Assembly (NCBI GenBank): GCA_905331295.1
Contig: CAJNYD010000320.1
Span: forward strand, 1 to 33,556
Reading direction: 5' to 3'
Source of the DNA: Rotaria socialis
Taxonomy: Eukaryota
Length of the DNA stretch: 33,556 bases
Positions 25,888-33,556 of the stretch are shown one piece after another. Both the position numbers and the translations under genes were made by a program. The notes below the pieces were generated by a model that saw only the letters and a list, made by a program, of their open reading frames with translations, made no database searches and was not told the DNA's origin. Positions within the stretch are counted from its first letter, which is position 1. Every line of letters starts with the position of its first letter.

Positions 25888-28740
25888 TTATGCGGGAACA
25901 TTGTCGAGCTTGCTGAAGCTGCTCTATGTTGCTCCCATTGCGTTTCCATATAAAACAGTCTTAATACGTTTGTACGTTCACTACCAACAAATGCTGATGT
26001 TGACGCTGTTGATCAAAGTATTATATATTTAAACCGTGCTACAAATCAATCGATGATGGTCATTGGTGGTCTTTTATAACATGATTGATATTACTGTAAT
26101 AAGTGCAATGAAATTTTGGTTATATCTAATTTCTACATTGAATACAGGAAGCACAGGTATTCTACGCAAGTTCTTAGTATAGTTGAGTAAAGCTTTGGGG
26201 AGCTCGAAAAATCAGCGTTACAGTCAGAAATCTAGTATCAAGCCAAAAGTAAAGCTGGTTTTACTAGTCCTAGGCTATAATGTGTCATCGAAAATAATGC
26301 AAAAGATTAGGATAAGCACTCATTTCAACCGAGCAAAACAAAGACGTGAAGAAAAGAACTAGAAATCATTTGTATTTATGAAATGAACACAAGCAAACTG
26401 AGATAAGAACGGCTCGATTATTGCGACATAGATGCTGTATTTTACAATTTTTATTATTACCGTGAAATAAAAAGAAGATGAAAATAAAGAAAAAGAAAAA
26501 AATGTCCCATTCCTGTCATCAGACGACTGTGCTTGTTAATATATCAGCTTATTTCTACTGCGCTAGACTTAAGTGATGGAATCTGTAATCTATTCAATTA
26601 TACTTTATTGCTTTTATGAGCATAGTTTCCGTGAACAATTTTTTCGACATTGTATACTCTCATATTGTTGCCACGTATACGAACATGCCAGTCTCTATAA
26701 TGAGAGTATTTAGAAGTGTATAGTGCAAAATTGAATAGCTTGAATAAAACAATAGTATCGTTTTTTGGTCATTTTCTATGGGTGGGTTCAGTGGACCGCA
26801 TAACAGTAACGATGGTGTAAACGAGTAAATGAACGGTGCTTGCATAGACTTACTATAAAAGACTGGACAAAACAAAACAATATAATATTATGATAGATTG
26901 AAAGTTTCGTGATTTGCAAGCATGGATAACTCGCAAACCACACAACTTGTTAAACTCAATAAACTCTCTAAGATGCTAAGAATTACTTGTTGATGAGGCA
27001 CTCTGTTGTTCAGCAACCTACAGTGCATCATTCAATCATGATTACTAAGTCGACGACTCATGGAAAAGACTTTCTAAACTAGAAAAACAGCATGCTATTG
27101 TGCAGCTGTTTTTAAAAACGATTTCAATTTGATAATGAATATCTGTGAGATCATTATTTTTCTTCAAATAGTCTTCAAGATAACTTTGATCGAAAACTTT
27201 GTTTTTTTTTGGCTTACTTTATCAATAGCTATGGCTGTATGGTGTATTAGAAATTTCTCAACAATCAAGTGCAGTATCAAAACAGGATTTACGGCATCTC
27301 ATAACATTTATCAGATGTAGGCGGCGAAAAACAATACATTTGATAGTTATCACTATCACAGATATTTAGACTAGTGTCCTACTGGAAAAGCTTCCATTCA
27401 AAATATCCCGGTGTAAAATGCAAAAAAATGTTTGTTTAACTGTAATAAAAATATGGATGCATAAAAATAGCGTATTCAGATGAAAAGGCACTTACAAGTT
27501 GCCAACATGCATATAAAATTTATACTTCTGAGCGAATAAAATTACAAACTGACGTCAGTTATAGCATACATTCACTTGTTGCCGATCATTTTTCTTGTTC
27601 TGTCGTCATCAACAACGGCAACGGGAGGAAAGTAGTATGTATTGTTTGCACGTAAATTATTTAAACGAGAAGAAAGAAAATCCCCAAGTCAGCAGAAAAT
27701 GAAGAAAGATTGTAGACATGACTAGTCAGAAATGTTCATAGCATCTGGCAGGTCTAGCTTAGTCAGTTTAAGGAGAAATGTTTTACAAAAAACGTCTTAT
27801 CTATTCTGAAATGTTCTTGAGCCCAATTATGTCTAGTCCATTTTGTCTGTTGACCCAGTCCATACTAGTAGGAAGATTAGCAAAAGTGGTTACAAGGTGG
27901 ATTTGAACATCCAGTCCGATAGTGTTCGAAATATGACGAACACTATGACGGCAAACTATGACATTGAAACAGACTACCGTAAGTATATGTAGTCTAAAAT
28001 TATAACTATGGACTTCTATCCATGGATAGAAAATCAGAAATAAATCGCCGTAAACGTATTGACTAGTCTGAAATATTTTCAACGGCTATTAGGACTATCC
28101 TGAAGGATCTTTTAGACACCTCATGGTTAGTGATTTTTTAAGAAGTGTATCTCACTCAACGCTTATCGAATTTTTTTCTAGTTAGATGGGCAATCGGGGA
28201 GTCTGCTGTACGATAGTATCAAGCAAGCATCTATATTTAGCTGTGTATCTCACACTCTATTGAAGTATTTCTCACAATAATCATCTAAAATGGTGACAAA
28301 ACATCCATGATCTTTGTCATATCAAAATAAGACTCTGTTCTGCCCTTTGCTCATAAAAATAAAGCGTCATGCGAACGCTTGCTGAGGAAAATTCACACTT
28401 TGCTTTTCATTATGTGGAAACTTTGAACTCCTCAATGTTTTCTATGAATAGGGATGTATTTTATGCTCCGACATCTTCAGGCTTATAATATTATTTTTTA
28501 AAACGCTTCTTCATATATATATTGGATAACATTTCTTCGTATATTTTAGGCAAGGAAAACATCAGGTGTACTTAAAGGAAATCAAGCATTTTTACTTGAT
28601 AGAGTAAAGCAGTATAAGAGACAATAGGGATGGCACTCTATGTTAATTTAATATTAATAAAAAAACGTTTACATTAGCCACTTAATTACTTAATATTATA
28701 AGTATTTAATCAAGACTTAATTTTTAATATTAAATGTTAA

Positions 28741-29388
28741 CCCTGGCACGGCCACCTTCGGACTATCACTTGTTGCCCACCTGGGCCCGTATGGACCCAA
28801 AGTTAATAAAATGGACATAATAAGCGTAGTGACTACTATGTTGTTCCATGAATAAGGAGTACAAAAGTCCTATATTCACTGTTTATTTTCTTAAAAAGTT
28901 TCTTACTATAATATTTTACATTAAAAATGTTTCACAACACTTGTTACAAATGACTTTATGGTGATCGTGGGAACAAGGAATATTGCAACTAGCACAATGT
29001 GTGATGACTTTTCAGCCCCGTTCTCTTAAGCAAAGCTGGCAACGTCACTTAATAACACCGACTGAAGCATTTTCTGGAAACGTACTAGTAACAATTGGTA
29101 ATCCTATCATTTCCATAGCTAGTCGAACCTCTTTTTGTAGTGCTTGTGGTTGTTGTCGACGTCGATTCAAGTGAGCACCAACAAGTTCATGAGCTAATTG
29201 CATTAAAAATAAATGTCGACGATGTCGTTTTCCTTCATTTCATTGAGGATTCTTGGTAATCCACACCACAAAAGCAGCAATACCTCCAACATCGAGTACA
29301 TTGAAGAAGAAAGTCATAGGCCATCTTTTCGTTTTTCACTTACATGAATAAGTTTGTACCATTTGGTCCATCCGATCGGCGCCACCTT
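28741..29388 (-). mobile_element. piggyBac transposon 3' remnant with transposase pseudogene (28916-29388)
   Basis: Terminus TTAA|CCCT at 28737-28744; minus-strand translation GGADRMDQMVQTYSCK*KTKRWPMTFFFNVLDVGGIAAFVVW...RRHLFLMQLAHEL...RCQLC...CASCNIPCSHDHHKVICNKC matches the piggyBac DDD end and Cys-rich domain; four in-frame stops. Confidence 0.9.
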
Positions 29389-29560
29389 CCCATGTCGCCT
29401 CTTTTTTATCAACTGTGCCGCAGTTACGCGTAGAGCCAATTCTGCGTCGCAGTTACGCGTAACTATGACGCATTGATCGTAGTGAAGATTTCTACAAGAA
29501 ACTACGCTTAGTATGACTCAGATCAACGTAACTGCGCCCTAGTGATCGCGTCCTACGATC
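29389..29560. repeat. CpG-rich probable transposon end interrupting the piggyBac
   Basis: Homology to transposase stops abruptly at CCCATG; repeated GCAGTTACGCGTA and inverted CGTAACTGCG. Confidence 0.45.
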
Positions 29561-29848
29561 TGTTGTAGGTATAAATGGCCAATTACAAATTATTCCTCCT
29601 TATTTGTAATTGGCTACACTCGAACAATAAAACTTAGTCACAGAAAATTAGTATAAATAGTGGTGTTTATCACATTTTCGTTCATAAGTCATTCTACTAC
29701 AAGCAGTGAAATGCATAGTTTTTATTTCTTTTAAAAATTTCTAGATTAAAATTCTTTTAGCTTTTCAATTTTTTGTAATTAAATTTTTTTTCTTTTATCA
29801 TTAAATTATTTCAATTTTTTTTTTCTTTTATACATTCTATTTTTAAAN

Positions 29849-30068
29849 GATAAACGGAATTCCGGGAATTATATGGAATTGGTCGGCAGTGAATCCAGGA
29901 ATTCCGGAATTGAATCGGAATGGATAAACGGAATTCCGGGAATTAGATGGAATTGATCGGCAGTGATTCCGGGAATTCCGGAATTGTGTTGGAAGTGATA
30001 AACGGAATTTCGGGAATTAGATGGAATTGGTTCCATGAGCGGAACTGGTTCCGGAATGTTCAACATTG
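29849..30068. repeat. 74-bp tandem repeat rich in GGAATT, ending in a hAT-like terminus
   Basis: Units TAAACGGAATT(C/T)CGGGAATT start at 29851, 29925 and 29999; reverse complement of the end reads CAATGTTGAACATTCCGG; abuts the N at 29848. Confidence 0.8.
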
Positions 30069-30622
30069 CGGAATAGGATGTATTCTCGATCATTTTGCTG
30101 TGCATCTCTTAGTATTGATGAACTGCATTTTTACGATTATTATATCAAGTTAAAGCATGTAAACAATGAACAGTTCAATAAAAACGGATCTGTTTTCGCT
30201 GGAATATGTCTATAAGAAAAGACCAAACAAGTCTACTTTTTTGTGGGTAGCGTTCTCAGCAATATTTACGCACTTTCGTAACTGAACAGTATATTTTTAA
30301 GCAATTTAGGTCAACATTCTTTAAAACTGTTATTTTTAATGCATATTTCAAAATGAGAAAACTGTAACAACTTTGATTGAAGACAAATTCAGTGATACTG
30401 CATGAATATTGACTTATAGAACGGCATAAATGAACTTCTACCTGTGGTACTCAGTAATTTTTACATCACCGTTTTTATCCAAGAAAAAAATTCGGATTCG
30501 TGAATACGTCATTTCACTTTTTGATCCTTTCGATTTTCATGATATTGTCGTATCCGGGATACGGTGGCAATCCATGCGATCCATACAATCCCACAATCCC
30601 GCGATCCGCCTTTTCCCCCTTG

Positions 30623-31029
30623 CACTCGTTTCTTTTTATTTAGACGGCTTTTAACTTTCATAATAGCGGCTTTTGTACGGACCGTGCGTGGACAACCTGG
30701 AGGAGACGACAGCGTGATAGAACCAGTAAGGTTGATCATTTTTATCCATAATTTAATCGTGGGTAATGAAACAGCTCCGGCTAAATCACGATAGATTTTG
30801 GTCGGATCCTCACCATTTTCATATTTAATTTTTACAACTTTTTGTATATCTTTACTTTTCATATTTTTTCTTTTAAATGAAAGTGAAACACCTTTTAGTT
30901 TTAACCATTCACAGTTTTGTAGAGAATTTCAAGCGCCTTCTTTTAGTATAAAAAGATGTCCCTATCTAATGGACAACAGAAGAGCGATATTCAAAATACG
31001 AATGGTACAATTTATTCTGGCCCACCCGT
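30623..31029 (-). mobile_element. 5' fragment of a second maT-like Tc1/mariner element
   Basis: TIR TA|ACGGGTGGGCCAGAATAAATTGTACC resembles that at 1942; ORF from 30862 MKSKDIQKVVKIKYENGE...PPGCPRTVRTK is homologous to the 2103 transposase; truncated after KKKRV. Confidence 0.9.
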
Positions 31030-32299
31030 TATTATCACAAGTACGTTTATAGATGTCTAGACCTTGAAATCTTTTGATCAAATTCGATTATGTCATTGAG
31101 CTGAAATATTATATCTGATTATGAAATATCATTAGAAAAAACACACAGATCTATAGCAGTTCTATATCATTGAAAAACAATTGTTAAAAGCTAATTATAC
31201 AAAAGCTGTTATTCGAAAGTTCCATTAAAAGAAATAAATAAACCTTCGTGTTGTTTCTAACCATAATCAAATAAAAAATATACAGCAGCCTAAAAATCTT
31301 TCACTAACAAACTTGATTCACAGTTTAAAAAATTCCAAAAAAAGAATTTTTATTTTAATAATAAATACTTTTTATTCAAGTAATTCACGTAAATCATGTA
31401 GCTTCGGTATTTTTCCAGTTATTCAGCGATTAGCTCTTATATTATGAGTGTGAATATTACTATGTGTGAATGATTGTAGAAAATGATCGTATATCGACAA
31501 CCGTCCTTTTGTGTATCCTATCATTGTATTCACTGGTATCATCATAAGAATCCAAATAACTGTATGGAAGTGTATGCCAACCATCATGTAAACGTCTCAA
31601 GGAGGAAAGGCGTAATTCTGGGCTTTTCTATACTTCTCTTTACTTCTTGGTACTTTTTCACTTGAGACGTACATGAATATGCTCCGCCTTGAAACACACT
31701 CACACTCTCACACAAATCTTCGCTCGTAGATTAAAAACAAAAACTCTACGTAAATAAAACCATACATGCGCACATCAATTTCGAAGCTCGTATTGAAATT
31801 CACGCACGTTGACTTACCATGCGCCTATAGGAACCTAATATGCAAGAGAAAATCTCGCTACTTGATTAATGTTAACATTCAGAGATACAGTCTCGTATAG
31901 TCTGATGTAATTGTTCGAAATCTCTTTCTTGATAACCAAAGCATGTAAAACTAGTTGAATGTGTTCTGTGGGTTCTATTTGTGCATGTCGAAATTCAGTT
32001 TCTTTTTTATATTTATTTACAAGTATATGAGGTTTTGTAGCTGAAAGGGCACGAATTTGCATTAATAGGGGCTGACATCTGAAAACATGAATATGATGGA
32101 TCATTATATTCTGCTATTATTTTTTCAATAATAGCAGAATATAATTAAACAAATTCATAATAACACTTCTGCTACTCGCAAGTGAAAACCTAGAAAGTAC
32201 CTCGTTGAAATAGATGAATAAAAATCCTGAAAAAGATTCATTCCAACGTTTCTTCACTGCCTAAACAGCGTAAATCAAGTCGTTGGATTAAATTCATAC

Positions 32300-33556
32300 A
32301 TGAAGTCGATACTTCGAAGTCATTGGGATGTCGAGTCAGAATCTACTAACCAGATAAACACTTCATGGACTAAGAAAAATGATGAACCAAATAAACAAGC
32401 GCCAGAGGGTGGCAAGCAAAATAAAAGGTGCGTTGCATGCCTATTAAACATGCTAGATTAAACTATTTGTTTCATTTTTTCTGAAGAATATACTTTTATT
32501 TAGTTCTGATAAAAGGTATCATCGCGCGGGTTTCTACTTCAAATCTTGCCTATATGGAGCTGTTCCTGGCATGCTTGTTGCAGGAATTGTATTAGCGATT
32601 GCTATCACATTTTGGATGAGCTCACCACAACAAACATCAACAGATGTATCGACAACAAGTACGAAAAAACATGTTTCTTCGTCTCTTAGAGTTTTGAAAA
32701 TAATGTATCTTACTACATAGCTCTATCTCACCCTGTTTCGAATAATAGAATCAAGATTAATTTAGATCTATTTCGCGTAGTAGATAATAGATTACAATGT
32801 TTTCTTTCTCTAACTATACTTCTAATCTAGTGATTATGAAAGATAGATTCTTTATCTCACTAATATTCATATTCTAATATAGATTGCATAATCTGGAGAG
32901 CCTTCAAGAATATCTAGACTATATGAACATGGAATTTTTGAGAATTATGAAACTCAAATACTAATATAAATTGAACTTTAGTAAGACCATCTCAGAAAAA
33001 CTAGTGCCGTCGCTTCTCTCTCCACTGGTAGTATTTAAGGCACTTGATGAACCCATAATCATTGAATAGACACCTAAATGATAAATTTCATACCCTAAGT
33101 CAAATACCATAACGTTGACTTTCATCTCATGATACATTATGGGTACAAAATGTTGGCTTAAATTCACATGAATAGAACTACCAATACACCCGATCAAGCC
33201 GATGAAAGCATTCAACTAGATATTTTTAAATCAATTGTTTATCTTCAATATAAATAGATCCAACGAGAGCGCAACCCAGTACAACAGTACCGACAGTAGT
33301 AACAACAGTACCGACAGTGACTACAGTACCAACAGCAACAACAGTGCCGACAGTGACTACAGTACCAACAGCAACAACAGTGCCGACAGTAGCAACAACG
33401 TCCGCTACGGGCTCTGTATGCGGTAATTATAACTAATTACTTTTATCCTATCTGATTATCATGTTCTCATTTACAATAGGTGTCAATATGCAATGGAACG
33501 CTACTGGTGTTACCGTTGCCGGCGTCACCGGTACTAGTGGTAGTTCTCTCAATCAG
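32300..33556 (+). CDS. Type II membrane NHL-repeat protein, partial (runs off the window); exons 32300-32427, 32504-32658, 33258-33422, 33480-33556+
   Basis: In-frame GT-AG introns (phases 2, 1, 1); TM GAVPGMLVAGIVLAIAITFWM; TTVPT stalk; WNATGVTVAGVTGTSGSSLNQ is a typical NHL-repeat lead-in. Confidence 0.8.
33281..33399 (+). repeat. Coding minisatellite for the Thr/Val/Pro stalk
   Basis: ACAGT(A/G)CC(G/A)ACAG units; exact 36-bp duplication at 33314-33349 and 33350-33385. Confidence 0.85.

Noticed and set aside
28455..28482. Possible minimal hammerhead ribozyme (minus strand CTGAAGATG...CAT)
   Set aside because: The conserved GAAA core after stem II is absent.
29851..30068. Possible CRISPR array
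   Set aside because: Units repeat in full with no unique spacers; no cas genes; eukaryotic context.
29869..30153. ORFs 29869-30105 (-) and 29947-30153 (+)
   Set aside because: By-products of the GGAATT tandem repeat.
32961..33215. 84-aa minus-strand ORF inside the NHL gene intron
   Set aside because: Faint IGCIG resemblance to Harbinger transposase is insufficient; no termini found.
33235..33426. ORF reading NSTDS repeats
   Set aside because: Wrong frame; splice phases support the TTVPT stalk frame.

Overview
AT-rich eukaryotic (animal) genomic DNA, most likely a bdelloid rotifer. This is an inference from a (TGTGGG)n tract, many short (about 50-80 nt) GT-AG introns, and LamG, NHL and ankyrin/ADP-ribosyltransferase gene types known to be expanded in bdelloids. 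Splicing the ORF fragments by hand gives: an intronless small secreted Trp/Cys-rich protein; three type II membrane proteins with a shared build (cytoplasmic N-terminus, one TM helix, Thr-rich stalk) but different heads (CBM-like jelly roll, tandem LamG, NHL); a disrupted ankyrin plus R-S-E ADP-ribosyltransferase pseudogene; a 7-exon ABCG2-like half transporter; and a B-box-like zinc-finger protein. Intergenic DNA is rich in DNA transposon relics: a near-complete frameshifted DD37D (maT) Tc1/mariner element, a truncated relative, a piggyBac 3' remnant, a MULE-like internal-deletion derivative, and several MITEs or foldbacks. Assembly Ns occur at 304-326, 1685 and 29848. All gene models and family calls were made by eye; no searches were run.
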